From positions 1-59,638 of the forward strand of contig JAWOID010000098.1 of assembly GCA_046484865.1 (NCBI GenBank): a stretch of 59,638 nt of DNA. Reading direction: 5' to 3'. Shown piece after piece: positions 48,801-57,555 of this stretch. The DNA comes from Candidatus Krumholzibacteriia bacterium (lineage in GTDB: Bacteria; Krumholzibacteriota; Krumholzibacteriia; LZORAL124-64-63). The notes below the pieces were generated by a model. The model saw nothing but the letters and a program-made list of their open reading frames with translations. It searched no databases and was not told the origin of the DNA. A program made the translations under genes and the position numbers. Each line of letters starts with the position of its first letter. Positions within the stretch are counted from its first letter, which is position 1.

Positions 48801-49695
48801 TACCGTCGAGGACATCGGGCGCGTGCTCGTCCCCACCCCCATGGGCCAGCAGATCCCGCTGATCCAGCTGGCGGACATCCGCTACCTGCGCGGACCCCAG
48901 GCCATCAAGAGCGAGGACACCTTCCTGGTGGCGTACGTCACCTTCGACAAGATGCGCGGAGCCGCCGAGGTGGACGTGGTGGAGAACGCCCAGCGTTACC
49001 TGTCCGATCGGCTGCAGGACGGCGCGCTGGAACTGCCGGCGGGGGTGAGCTTCCGCTTCGCCGGCACCTACGAGAACCAGGTACGCAGCGAGAAAACGCT
49101 GGCCGTGGTGCTGCCGGCGGCGCTGCTGCTGATCTTCGTCATCCTCTACCTCCAGTTCCGCTCCACCGCGGTGACGGCCATGGTGTTCTCGGGGATCTTC
49201 GTGGCCTGGAGCGGCGGCTTCCTGCTCGTCTGGCTCTACAACCAGCCGTGGTTCCTGGACGCGGAGCTGTTCGGGGCCCAGCTGCGCGTGCTGTTCCAGA
49301 TCCAGCCCATCAATCTCTCGGTGGCCGTGTGGGTGGGATTCATCGCGCTCTTCGGTATCGCGAGCGACGACGGCGTGGTGATGGCCACCTTCCTGGACCA
49401 GAGCTTCCGCAAGCGGCGACCGGAGACCGTGGCGGAGGTCCGGCGGGCGGTGCTTGCGGGTGCGGCGCGTCGCATCCGGCCGGCCATGATGACCACGGCC
49501 ACGACCATCCTGGCCCTGCTGCCCGTGCTCACGTCGACCGGGCGCGGCAGCGACATCATGATTCCGATGGCAATTCCCACCTTTGGTGGCATGTTGGTGG
49601 CAGTGCTCACGGTGTTCGTCGTGCCGGTCCTCTACAGCGCGCGGATGGAGTGGGGGGCGCGGCGCGGTGGGCTTCCGGAGCCGAAAGGAGCATGA
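45835..49695 (+). CDS. cusA: CusA-type heavy-metal efflux RND permease (Cu/Ag)
   Basis: DAIPDLGENQ, GPDATGLG, AIGTMVD, EGKLFRPLAFTKT, FMPTTMP and RIRPAMMT. Confidence 0.93.
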   Translation: MSTHPREPFGGGPPGASPPGDGHPGDRSGGGPLTALIRFCLDNKLVMGLLVLFAVGYGAMVAPFDWDLGGLPRDPVPVDAIPDLGENQQIVFTEWMGRSPQDVEDQITYPLTVSLLGLPDVRTVRSYSMFGFSSIYVIFEERADFYDSRSRILEKLASLPSGTLPEGVQPSLGPDATGLGQVFWYTLEGRTPDGEPAGGWDPQELRTIQDWYVRYALLGAEGVAEVASVGGFVREYQVDVDPDAMRAQGVTLGDVFQAVRGSNVDVGARTIEVNRVEYFIRGLGFLESVDDLRRTVVKVVDSVPVTIDDVAHVALGPALRRGALDKEGAEAVGGVVVVRYRENPLAAIRNVKQVIAEITPGLPVKTLPDGTTSKVTIVPFYDRSGLIDETLGTLDEALSLEVLVTVIVIIVMVANLRSSLLVSGLLPLAVLMTFIGMKLFRVDANIVALSGIAIAIGTMVDMGIVMVENILQQLRTLADRSRRAVILAAASEVGGAVLTAVLTTVVSFLPVFAMTDAEGKLFRPLAFTKTFALIAAVIVALTVIPPFAHMLLTRRAEGAGARRLGGGLLVAAAALAFWKLSVLVGAVLLLWGAYLLLQERMPAAVQLRGQALTVALPVLAVGILLTRAWLPLGPGRGFLINFVVVALLLAGFLLAFTIFMRGYIPILRWCLDHKTTFLAMPVLLVLVALMIWQGFAGVFGWLPGMADDEDGRWGVWEGAVAAFPGLGQEFMPSLDEGSFLFMPTTMPHASIGEAMDVLSKLDMAISSIPEVESAVGKIGRAESALDPAPISMIETVVNYHSEFRQDAAGRLLRFAWDQDRQDFVRDEEGEPVPDADGRPYRQWRPEIRTPGDIWEEIVRVTRLPGTTSAPRLQPIETRLVMLQSGMRAPMGMKIRGPDLETLERVALRMEEELKHVPGIRPETVVADRIVGKPYLEIDIDRDAIARHGLSVRQVQDVIEVALGGRMVTTTVEGRERYPVRVRYLRERRDTVEDIGRVLVPTPMGQQIPLIQLADIRYLRGPQAIKSEDTFLVAYVTFDKMRGAAEVDVVENAQRYLSDRLQDGALELPAGVSFRFAGTYENQVRSEKTLAVVLPAALLLIFVILYLQFRSTAVTAMVFSGIFVAWSGGFLLVWLYNQPWFLDAELFGAQLRVLFQIQPINLSVAVWVGFIALFGIASDDGVVMATFLDQSFRKRRPETVAEVRRAVLAGAARRIRPAMMTTATTILALLPVLTSTGRGSDIMIPMAIPTFGGMLVAVLTVFVVPVLYSARMEWGARRGGLPEPKGA

Positions 49696-49916
49696 TGCAC
49701 TGGTTCGACGGCTGGCACGGTGGCTGGATGTGGGTGTGGTGGATCGTCGGCATCGTCGCCGTGGCCGGGGCGATCTGGGCCGTGACGCGGGCCGGACGCA
49801 GAGACGGCGGGCGCGGGACGCACCGCTCGGCCGAGGACATCCTCAAGGAGCGCTACGCCCGCGGCGAGATCGATCGTGACGAGTACGAATCGCGCCTGCG
49901 CGACCTCCGCTCCTGA
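49692..49916 (+). CDS. Small membrane protein with SHOCT domain
   Basis: ATGA overlap with cusA; MMHWFDGWHGGWM, one TM helix and ILKERYARGEIDRDEY. Confidence 0.85.
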   Translation: MMHWFDGWHGGWMWVWWIVGIVAVAGAIWAVTRAGRRDGGRGTHRSAEDILKERYARGEIDRDEYESRLRDLRS

Positions 49917-49981
49917 GCGCACGATCCGGCGGTCGCAACCAGCAGCCGCAGGGGTTCGAGACACCTCGCCCCGGGGAACGC

Positions 49982-50737
49982 ATGGAACTGATCTCCTGGA
50001 ACGTGAACGGACTGCGTGCCGCCCTGCAGCGCGGCGCGCGGGAGTTCCTGGCGGGCTGCGGCGCCGACGTCATCTGCCTGCAGGAGGTGCGGGCCACGCC
50101 CGAGCAGGTGGACCTGCCGCTGGCGGGCTACCGCGCCGTCTGGAACCCGGCGCAGAAGCCGGGCTACAGTGGTACGGCGGTGTTCCTTCGCGAGGAGATC
50201 ACGCCGCGCGAGACCGCGCGGGAACTGGGCCATCGCGAGCACGACACCGAGGGCCGGGTGGTGCGGATGGAACTGGACGACTTCCACCTGGTGAACGTCT
50301 ACACGCCGAATGCCCAGCGCGGACTCGTGCGCCTGGAGTACCGCCTGCGCTGGGATGCCGACTTCCTGGCGCACCTGCGCGTCCTCGACCGTGACAAGCC
50401 GGTGGTGCTGTGCGGCGACCTCAACGTGGCGCACCAGGAGATCGACATCGCTCGCCCGCGCGAGAACCGGCGCAACGCCGGCTTCTCCGACGAGGAGCGC
50501 GCCGGGATCGACCGCCTCGTCGCCGCCGGGTTCGTGGACACGTTCCGCATGTTCGTCAGCGAGGGCGGCCACTATTCCTGGTGGAACCAGCGACCGGGCG
50601 TGCGGCAGCGCAACATCGGCTGGCGCCTGGACTACTTCTTCGTCTCGCAGCGGCTGCGCCCCCGCGTGGCGGGGGCGCGCATCCTCTCGGACGTCATGGG
50701 TTCGGATCACGCTCCGGTGAGTCTGACTCTCCGCTAG
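49982..50737 (+). CDS. xth: Exodeoxyribonuclease III
   Basis: SWNVNGLRA, LQE, GYSG, EGR, GDLNVAH, GWRLDY and SDHAP. Confidence 0.95.
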   Translation: MELISWNVNGLRAALQRGAREFLAGCGADVICLQEVRATPEQVDLPLAGYRAVWNPAQKPGYSGTAVFLREEITPRETARELGHREHDTEGRVVRMELDDFHLVNVYTPNAQRGLVRLEYRLRWDADFLAHLRVLDRDKPVVLCGDLNVAHQEIDIARPRENRRNAGFSDEERAGIDRLVAAGFVDTFRMFVSEGGHYSWWNQRPGVRQRNIGWRLDYFFVSQRLRPRVAGARILSDVMGSDHAPVSLTLR

Positions 50738-51758
50738 CCGACCCGCCGCCGGTCGGCCCGCTGCCGGTCGTGTCGTCGCCGGTCGTGTCGCCGCCGGTCG
50801 TGTCTCCGCCGGTCGGCTCGTCGCCGGTGGACCCGCCGCCGGCCGGGGCCGGGAAACGGGCCAGCAGGTCGGCCTCCGGACCGAACTGGGCCAGGAATTC
50901 GAGGTCGAAGAAGCGCAGCGTGGCCGTGACCGGCAGCATGATGACCGACCCCACGTACGGCAGCGCCAGCAATCCCCAGCCCAGGCAACAGGTGAACAGG
51001 CCCAGCGCCATCACCGCGGCGCCGATCACCAGCCAGAGCCCGACGTACAGCAGGCCCACCATCAGGAAGGGCGTGGCGTCGGCGCGGAAGAGGCGGCCGA
51101 AGCGCCGCCAGCCCTCGACGACGCCGCAGCCGTGCAGCAGCATCAGCGGTGCCACGAAACGCTCCGCGAAGAACTGCACGTAGGCCAGGCCCGCGCCCAG
51201 GATCACCAGCAGCAGGACCAGGAGGCCGCCCGCGAAGATCGCGGTCAGGTCGCCTCCGCCGAACAGGCTCACGGGCACGGCGGCAATCACGGCGCCGCCG
51301 ACCAGCAGCCCCAGCGCCGCGAAGGAGGCCAGCAGGAACGCCACCTGCCAGAGGAAGAACGAGTCTGCCTGCCGGCTCCAGCGCCGCCAGGGCTCGCGGA
51401 CGGCGCCGCGACCGTGCAGCAGATCGTCGAGCAGAACGAAACGGCCTCGCGCGTTCAACCAGAGCACCGCCACCGTGAGGACCAGCGCCACGACGCCGAG
51501 CAAGAGCAACAGGACCAGTTCGAGTCCGCCGGCGAAGAGGTCCTGCACGCTCTCGCCCGCATGGCGCGCCCGCTCGCGGGGCGTGTCGCCGCCGTCGCCG
51601 AGGGCGTAGCGCAGGCCGCCCCAGCTGTCCTGGCCGAGGCCGGCGAGCCAGGCGGCGAAACCCACCACGAGCCAGAGTTGAAGATCGAAGGGCGCGAAGA
51701 GCAGCCGCTTCATGCGGGCGAAGCCCCGGCCGAGGGGATCCCGGTAGCCGATGTCCAT
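50694..51758 (-). CDS. Hypothetical multi-pass membrane protein with a repetitive C-terminal tail
   Basis: Several TM helices and a TCC motif. The tail GDEPT/GGDTT is encoded by 15-bp repeats (~50740-50845). It overlaps the convergent xth by 44 nt. Confidence 0.75.
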   Translation of the reverse strand: MDIGYRDPLGRGFARMKRLLFAPFDLQLWLVVGFAAWLAGLGQDSWGGLRYALGDGGDTPRERARHAGESVQDLFAGGLELVLLLLLGVVALVLTVAVLWLNARGRFVLLDDLLHGRGAVREPWRRWSRQADSFFLWQVAFLLASFAALGLLVGGAVIAAVPVSLFGGGDLTAIFAGGLLVLLLVILGAGLAYVQFFAERFVAPLMLLHGCGVVEGWRRFGRLFRADATPFLMVGLLYVGLWLVIGAAVMALGLFTCCLGWGLLALPYVGSVIMLPVTATLRFFDLEFLAQFGPEADLLARFPAPAGGGSTGDEPTGGDTTGGDTTGDDTTGSGPTGGGSASGESDSPERDPNP

Positions 51759-51923
51759 TGAATCATCTCCAGGCTGAGGTGAGGGTCGGGGGCGGTTCGC
51801 AATCCGCCGTTTCTAACCCGCAGGCGGCCGCACTATTCGGCTCGTGCGACCACGCGGCTCCTGCGATCGGTGTCCCGACCACCCGCAGGCGAGCCGTCCT
51901 CGCGGAGCCGCCTCGCTCTTGTA

Positions 51924-51952
51924 TTGACTATCATCGATATACCGCCGATGAT
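51924..51952 (+). promoter_or_regulatory. Native ars promoter and putative ArsR operator
   Basis: TTGACT-17nt-GATGAT, overlapped by the perfect inverted repeat ATCATCG-N9-CGATGAT (51930-51952). An ATG lies 7 nt after the -10. Confidence 0.65.
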
Positions 51953-51962
51953 GGAAACCATG

Positions 51963-52422
51963 AGTTATTCCACGAAGAATGTTTCCGGTCCCGGTCCTGC
52001 AATCCGGGTGGCATGGAGAGCCACGAACTCGAAGATCCGCGCTGGACGGCGCCCCACTGCCCGCCACCTAACTGCAAGTACAACAGCACCTTGCAGCCAC
52101 ACTGGCGATTCAACCGCATGGGCTCGTATCTCCGCCTCGCCGAACCCAGGTGTATCCGCAGGTTCCGGTGCCTCCACTGCGACGTCACCTTCAGTTCACG
52201 GACGTTCGCCGCCGCTTACTGGCCCGAGATCTTCTCCCAGCTGAGGACCAAGGGCCTGTTCGCAACGCAGATCGAATTGGAGGGTCGCTGGCGCCAGTAC
52301 AACCGGGGGGAGGTCAGGACGCGGGCGCTGAAGGTGAACCGGCGCCACGACTTGGAGTTCGCGGAGTGAACGGACAGTCCGGCACCACGGCCAGGAGCCG
52401 GAAACAATTTGCGTGGAATAAG
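51963..52422. mobile_element. ~460-bp non-autonomous (internally deleted) insertion element
   Basis: Terminal inverted repeats TTATTCCACGAAGAATGTTTCCGG (51965-88) and CCGGAAACAATTTGCGTGGAATAA (52398-52421) match at 21/24. The flanking direct repeat GGAAACCATG is at 51953-62 and 52423-32. Confidence 0.85.
52013..52369 (+). pseudogene. Truncated transposase-like ORF (118 aa; zinc-ribbon N-terminus joined to an apparent C-terminal end)
   Basis: HCPPPNC...RFRCLHC-x-x-TFS is an IS1-InsA-like zinc ribbon. The ORF is too short for a catalytic core and lies entirely between the inverted repeats. Confidence 0.65.
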
Positions 52423-52429
52423 GGAAACC

Positions 52430-53647
52430 ATGGCGACCAGACGCTCACAGCGGCGCTCCGGGATCCTCGCTCCGGCGCGCGAGGCGGATCCGGCGGCGAG
52501 CCTGGCCCGCGTGTTCAAGGCGCTGGGCGACCCGACGCGCCTGCGGATGCTCGAACTCCTGCTGGAGCAGCCCCGGCCGCTGTGCGTGTGCGAGATCCAC
52601 GCGCGTTTCGGGCTGGCGCAACCGACCGTGTCGCACCACTTGCGGCTTCTCCGCGAGGCCGGTCTCGTGCAGGCGGAACGGCGCGGCACGTGGGTCTATT
52701 ACACCGCCGCCACCGACGTGATCGGGATGGCCGGTGAGGAGCTTAGCCGGCGCGCCGCCCGCGCCGAACACACGTCCGCCAACCTGGAGGAGACGACCGT
52801 GACCAAGCGACCCGTGCGGGAGATCGTCCGAGAACGTTACGCCGAGGCCGCGCAGGCGGTGACCCGGGGCGACCGGGGCAGTTGCTGCGGTGGCGGATGT
52901 TCCGCTCCCGTTCCGCTCGAGGGTGCAGATCCCATCACCCGCGACCTCTACGGCGACGGCGAGCTGGCGTCCCTGCCGGAGGCGGCACGGCTGGCGTCGC
53001 TCGGGTGCGGCAATCCCACGGCGCTCGCGGACCTTCGGCCGGGCGAGGTGGTGCTGGACCTGGGCTCCGGGGGCGGCATCGACGTGCTGCTGTCCGCGCG
53101 CCGAGTGGGACCGGCGGGCAAGGCCTACGGCGTCGACATGACCGACGAGATGGTGGCCCTCGCTCGCGCCAACCAGGAGCGGGCGGGCGTGACGAACGCC
53201 GAATTCCTCACCGGCACCCTCGAGGATCTGCCCCTGCCGGACGCCGCCGTGGACGTGATCATCTCCAACTGCGTGGTGAACCTGGCCGGAGACAAGGATC
53301 TCGTGCTGCGCGAGGCCTTCCGCGTGCTGCGGCCGGGCGGCCGGCTCGCGATCGCGGACATCGTGCTGCAGCGGGAACTGCCGCCCGAGGCGCAGGCGTC
53401 CATGGCGCTCTGGACCGGTTGCGTGGCCGGGGCGCTCGTGGCCGACGATTACCGCCGCCGCCTGGCCGACGCCGGCTTCGTGGGCGTGGCGATCGAGTTG
53501 ACCCGGGTGTACACCGGCGGCGACCTCGCGGCCATGGCGCGCGCCGTGCCCGCCGCCGAGGGCGGGCCGGAGGTCCTCGGTTCGCAGCTCGATCTGCTCG
53601 AGGGCGCGGTGGCGAGCGCGTTCATCCGCGCCCGGCGGCCGGACTGA
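52430..53647 (+). CDS. arsM: ArsR-family regulator fused in frame to arsenite S-adenosylmethionine methyltransferase
   Basis: ArsR motifs [24 protein letters not shown] and RRGTWVYY. ArsM motifs [30 protein letters not shown] and WTGCVAGA. No stop codon lies between them. Confidence 0.9.
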   Translation: MATRRSQRRSGILAPAREADPAASLARVFKALGDPTRLRMLELLLEQPRPLCVCEIHARFGLAQPTVSHHLRLLREAGLVQAERRGTWVYYTAATDVIGMAGEELSRRAARAEHTSANLEETTVTKRPVREIVRERYAEAAQAVTRGDRGSCCGGGCSAPVPLEGADPITRDLYGDGELASLPEAARLASLGCGNPTALADLRPGEVVLDLGSGGGIDVLLSARRVGPAGKAYGVDMTDEMVALARANQERAGVTNAEFLTGTLEDLPLPDAAVDVIISNCVVNLAGDKDLVLREAFRVLRPGGRLAIADIVLQRELPPEAQASMALWTGCVAGALVADDYRRRLADAGFVGVAIELTRVYTGGDLAAMARAVPAAEGGPEVLGSQLDLLEGAVASAFIRARRPD

Positions 53648-53658
53648 GCCCGGGGAGG

Positions 53659-54522
53659 TCACGATTCGTTGACCACGACCTCGACCGGGTTGACCAGCCG
53701 CGACCACGATTCCTCGAGCGTGCTCCGGAAGGGCTCCAGCGAGGAGTGCAGCGGCTCCGGCAGCCCATCCTGCCAGGGCCACCGGTGCGGGCGCAGCTCG
53801 AGCAGTTCCACCTCGCGGCGCAGGGCCTCGGCCCAGGCCGGATCCCGCCGCTCGACCGGGCCCGACTCGGCCGCCGCGAGCTGGTCGCGCAGGACCGGTA
53901 ACAGCATCCGGTTGACCTGCCGGCCGATCTCGGCCTGTCGCTTCCGCCGGGTCGATTCGTCCCCCTCGGGATCGAGGCTCCAGGTCGCGCCATGGCCGTC
54001 GTCGTCGGTGCTGGTGATGGTGAACGGCGGCCCCTCGCCGGGGTCGTGACCGAGCAGGCCGTAGAACCCGGCAGCGTAGATGTACAGGTACTCGCCCAGC
54101 CCCATCTCCGCCGTGAGGAGGGCCTCGTTGCGAGCATCGAGGTAGGCGATCACGCGCGGGACGAGACGGATCCCCGCCTGCACCTTCTGGAGCACTCGCC
54201 GCGGTCCCTGGCGCTCGTCGCTCGCCTCGAGGATCGCCAGGCGGCCCTCGAGCTCGCGGCGTTCCTCGCTACTGCCCTCGCGGGCGGCCAGGAACGTCTC
54301 CAGGCGCTCGGCGTCCAGGCGCCCGTCCGCCGGCGCCTCGTACTCGGCGATGGCGCCGAAACGGGCCTCCAGGGCCTCCTGGCTCTCCTGCACGTCGCGA
54401 ACCTCCCTGGCCACGTCGCGCACGACCATGTAGCCGCCTGCCGTGATCAGCACCACGATCAGCACCAGGGCTCCGCAGCCGATGCCGCACCCCAGCATCC
54501 ACTTGCGCGTCGACGAGTCCAC
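53659..54522 (-). CDS. Hypothetical membrane-anchored protein
   Basis: GTG start after [18 protein letters not shown], one TM helix and a helical extracytoplasmic domain. Confidence 0.7.
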   Translation of the reverse strand: MDSSTRKWMLGCGIGCGALVLIVVLITAGGYMVVRDVAREVRDVQESQEALEARFGAIAEYEAPADGRLDAERLETFLAAREGSSEERRELEGRLAILEASDERQGPRRVLQKVQAGIRLVPRVIAYLDARNEALLTAEMGLGEYLYIYAAGFYGLLGHDPGEGPPFTITSTDDDGHGATWSLDPEGDESTRRKRQAEIGRQVNRMLLPVLRDQLAAAESGPVERRDPAWAEALRREVELLELRPHRWPWQDGLPEPLHSSLEPFRSTLEESWSRLVNPVEVVVNES

Positions 54523-54580
54523 CTGCACCTCCTCGCGGGACGTCCGGCCCTGCGGCCGCTCGTGCTCCTGCCGGGGCGGC

Positions 54581-54652
54581 CGCGGTCGCCGCCGCGGTCG
54601 CCGTCGCGGTCGCCGCCGCGGTCGCTCGCGCGGCCGCTCGCGCGGCCGCGGC
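54581..54652. repeat. Tandem repeat, about six copies of a 12-bp unit (CGCGGTCGCCGC)
   Basis: Head-to-tail degenerate 12-mers in the divergent intergenic region upstream of proS. Confidence 0.8.
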
Positions 54653-54859
54653 GACGATAGCACAGGTCGTTGCCGCCGGTCCGCCGCCAAATCGCGCTTC
54701 CGACCCGGCCTTTCGGCCGTCGCGGCCGTCTGCTATCTTGCAGCCCTGCCCCCGCCGGGGAGCTTCGCCACCTACGGCGCGGACCCGGTAGAGGTTCCCG
54801 GATCAGGCGCCGACCCCCGCACCCGCGGTACCGTGCGCGCTCCCCGAGAAAGGACGGAC

Positions 54860-56338
54860 ATGGCCGAGATCACCAAGCGCGCCGACGACTACAGCCGCTG
54901 GTACCAGGACGTCATCCAGGCCGCCGAGCTGGCCGACCGCAGCCCCGTGCGCGGCTGCATGGTGATCCGGCCCAACGGCTACGCCATCTGGGAGAACATC
55001 CAGCGCATCCTCGACGGCAAGTTCAAGGAGCTGGGGCACGTCAATGCCTACTTCCCCCTGCTGATCCCCAAGAGCTTCCTCGCGCGCGAGGCCGAGCACG
55101 TGGAGGGGTTCGCGAAGGAGTGCGCCGTCGTCACGCATCACCGGCTGAAGGTGGTGGACGAGGACGGCAAGCGGACCATGGTGCCCGATCCCGAGAGCAA
55201 GCTGGAGGAGGAGTACATCATCCGTCCCACCAGCGAGACGGTGATCTGGGACATGTACCGCAAGTGGATCCAGAGCTACCGCGACCTGCCGCTGCTGATC
55301 AATCAGTGGGCCAACGTCATGCGGTGGGAGATGCGCACGCGGATGTTCCTGCGGACGACCGAGTTCCTCTGGCAGGAGGGCCACACCGCCCATGCCACGG
55401 CCGAGGAAGGGCGCGAGGAGACCCTGCGCATGCTCGAGGTGTACCGCTGGTTCGCGGAGGACGTGCTGGCGATGCCGGTGATCACCGGCGCCAAGACGCC
55501 CGGCGAGCGGTTCGCCGGCGCGGTGGAGACCTACAGCATCGAGGCGCTCATGCAGGACAACAAGGCGCTGCAGGCGGCCACCAGTCATGATCTGGGGCAG
55601 AACTTCGCCCGCGCCTTCGACGTCACCTTCCAGGATCAGGACGGCAAGGTGGACCACGTGTGGGCCACCAGTTGGGGCATGTCCACGCGGGTCATCGGCG
55701 CGTTGATCATGACCCACAGCGACGACAGCGGTCTCGTGCTGCCGCCGCGCATCGCCGGCACCAAGGCGGTGATCGTCCCGATCTGGAAGAACGACGAGGA
55801 GATGAGCGCGACCCGTGCCGCCGCCCATGCCATCGCCGACGAGCTGCGCGGCCGCATCGGTCCCGTCGTGATCGATGAACGCGAGAAGATGAGGCCGGGC
55901 TGGAAGTTCGCCGAGTGGGAGGCCAAGGGCGTGCCCCTGCGCATCGAGGTGGGTCCGCGCGACGTGCAGAACGAGCAGGCGATGCTCGCCGCTCGCCACG
56001 ACCGCAGGAAGCAGTCGGTGCCGCGCACGGGGCTGTTCGAGGCCGTTCACGCCGAGCTGGACCGCATCCAGGCCGACCTCTACGAGCGCGCCCGCCGGCG
56101 CACGGAGGAGAACACGCACGTGGTCGACACCTGGGACGACTTCAAGGCGCTGTACGAGGGACCCGGCGGCTTCGCCTGGGCGCACTGGTGCGGCGACGCC
56201 GAGGTGGAGAAGCAGATCCAGGACGAGACGGGCGTCACCATCCGCAACGTGCCCTTCACGAGGGACGAGACGCCCGGCGCGTGTATCCGGACGGGACGTC
56301 CCAGCTCCGGGCGGGTGCTGTTCGCCCAGGCGTACTGA
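54860..56338 (+). CDS. proS: Proline--tRNA ligase, archaeal/eukaryotic type
   Basis: [28 protein letters not shown]-x-[11 protein letters not shown] and SWGMSTR. It ends in AQAY and has no INS editing domain. Confidence 0.96.
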   Translation: MAEITKRADDYSRWYQDVIQAAELADRSPVRGCMVIRPNGYAIWENIQRILDGKFKELGHVNAYFPLLIPKSFLAREAEHVEGFAKECAVVTHHRLKVVDEDGKRTMVPDPESKLEEEYIIRPTSETVIWDMYRKWIQSYRDLPLLINQWANVMRWEMRTRMFLRTTEFLWQEGHTAHATAEEGREETLRMLEVYRWFAEDVLAMPVITGAKTPGERFAGAVETYSIEALMQDNKALQAATSHDLGQNFARAFDVTFQDQDGKVDHVWATSWGMSTRVIGALIMTHSDDSGLVLPPRIAGTKAVIVPIWKNDEEMSATRAAAHAIADELRGRIGPVVIDEREKMRPGWKFAEWEAKGVPLRIEVGPRDVQNEQAMLAARHDRRKQSVPRTGLFEAVHAELDRIQADLYERARRRTEENTHVVDTWDDFKALYEGPGGFAWAHWCGDAEVEKQIQDETGVTIRNVPFTRDETPGACIRTGRPSSGRVLFAQAY

Positions 56339-56407
56339 GGCGGACAGGGCGGCGCGGATCTGCGGACAGGACGGCGAGGACCCGCACGGTCGCGACCGGG
56401 CGAGTCG

Positions 56408-57505
56408 CTACTCCCGGATGGACGCGAGCAGTTCCTCGTTGGTGGGATGGGTCTCGATGAGCTTCAGCAGCCCCTCCATCGCCTGGCGCGGCTGGGCGTC
56501 CACCAGGCGGCGCCGCAGCGTCGTGAGCGCGGCGTAGTCCTCCTCGCTGAAGAGCAGGTCGTCGCGGCGGGTGCCGCTGGAGCGCACGTCGATGGCGGGG
56601 AAGATCCGGTTCTCCGCGAGGTCCCGGTCCAGGACCACCTCGCTGTTGCCGGTCCCCTTGAACTCCTCGAAGATCAGGTCGTCCATCCGTGACCCGGTGT
56701 GCACCAGGGCGCTGGCGATCACCGTCACCGAGCCGCCACCCTCCACGTTGCGGGCCATGCCGAAGAACTTGCGCGGGATCTCGAGGGCCCGGCTGTCCAG
56801 CCCGCCGGTGAGGGTGCGGCCGGAGCTGGCGCCATGCAGGTTGAAGGCGCGTCCCATCCGCGTGAGGCTGTCGGCCAGCACCACCACGTCGTGACCGCAC
56901 TCCAGCTCGCAGCGCACCTGTGCCATGCACATCTCGGCCAGGTGCACGTGCGACTTCACGTCCTGATCGCTGCTGCTGGCCAGCACCTCGGCCGGGACGC
57001 GGCGCCGGAAGTGCGTCACCTCTTCCGGGCGCTCGTCCACCAGCAGCGCCAGGATGCGCGCCTCGGGCTCCTCGAACACGATCGCCATGGCCAGGTCTTC
57101 CAGCAGCTGCGTCTTGCCGGTGCGGGGCGCCGCCACGATGAGGCCGCGGGTGCCGCGCGCGATCGGCGCCACCAGGTCGACGACCCGCATGGAGGTGTTG
57201 CCGCCGTCGCCCAGCCGGAAGCGTCGATCGGGGTTGACGGCCTCCAGCTTGGCGAAGGGCGTGCGGTTCCGGAAGGTCGTGGGATCGAGGCCGCAGACCG
57301 AGGTCACATCTGCGAGCTGCCGCCCCTTGCGTCCCGGCCGCGCGGGGCCGATGACCTGCGCTCCGGTCACGAGCCGGAACTTCTGGATGATCGAGGCGGG
57401 CACGAAGACGTCCTCGGACGAGGCCTGCAGCGAGCGGGCGGGGTCGCGCAGGAAACCACCCGCGCGCGGAAGAGTCTCGAGGACGCCGGTGGCGAGGTCG
57501 GCCAT
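56408..57505 (-). CDS. rho: Short transcription termination factor Rho (365 aa, no N-terminal helical domain)
   Basis: GVLE...[61 protein letters not shown] and SGTRR. Confidence 0.92.
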   Translation of the reverse strand: MADLATGVLETLPRAGGFLRDPARSLQASSEDVFVPASIIQKFRLVTGAQVIGPARPGRKGRQLADVTSVCGLDPTTFRNRTPFAKLEAVNPDRRFRLGDGGNTSMRVVDLVAPIARGTRGLIVAAPRTGKTQLLEDLAMAIVFEEPEARILALLVDERPEEVTHFRRRVPAEVLASSSDQDVKSHVHLAEMCMAQVRCELECGHDVVVLADSLTRMGRAFNLHGASSGRTLTGGLDSRALEIPRKFFGMARNVEGGGSVTVIASALVHTGSRMDDLIFEEFKGTGNSEVVLDRDLAENRIFPAIDVRSSGTRRDDLLFSEEDYAALTTLRRRLVDAQPRQAMEGLLKLIETHPTNEELLASIRE

Positions 57506-57555
57506 GGGTGGTGCTTCTCTCCGGGGTGATGCGGTCCGCCGGCGGTCCGCAGGTG

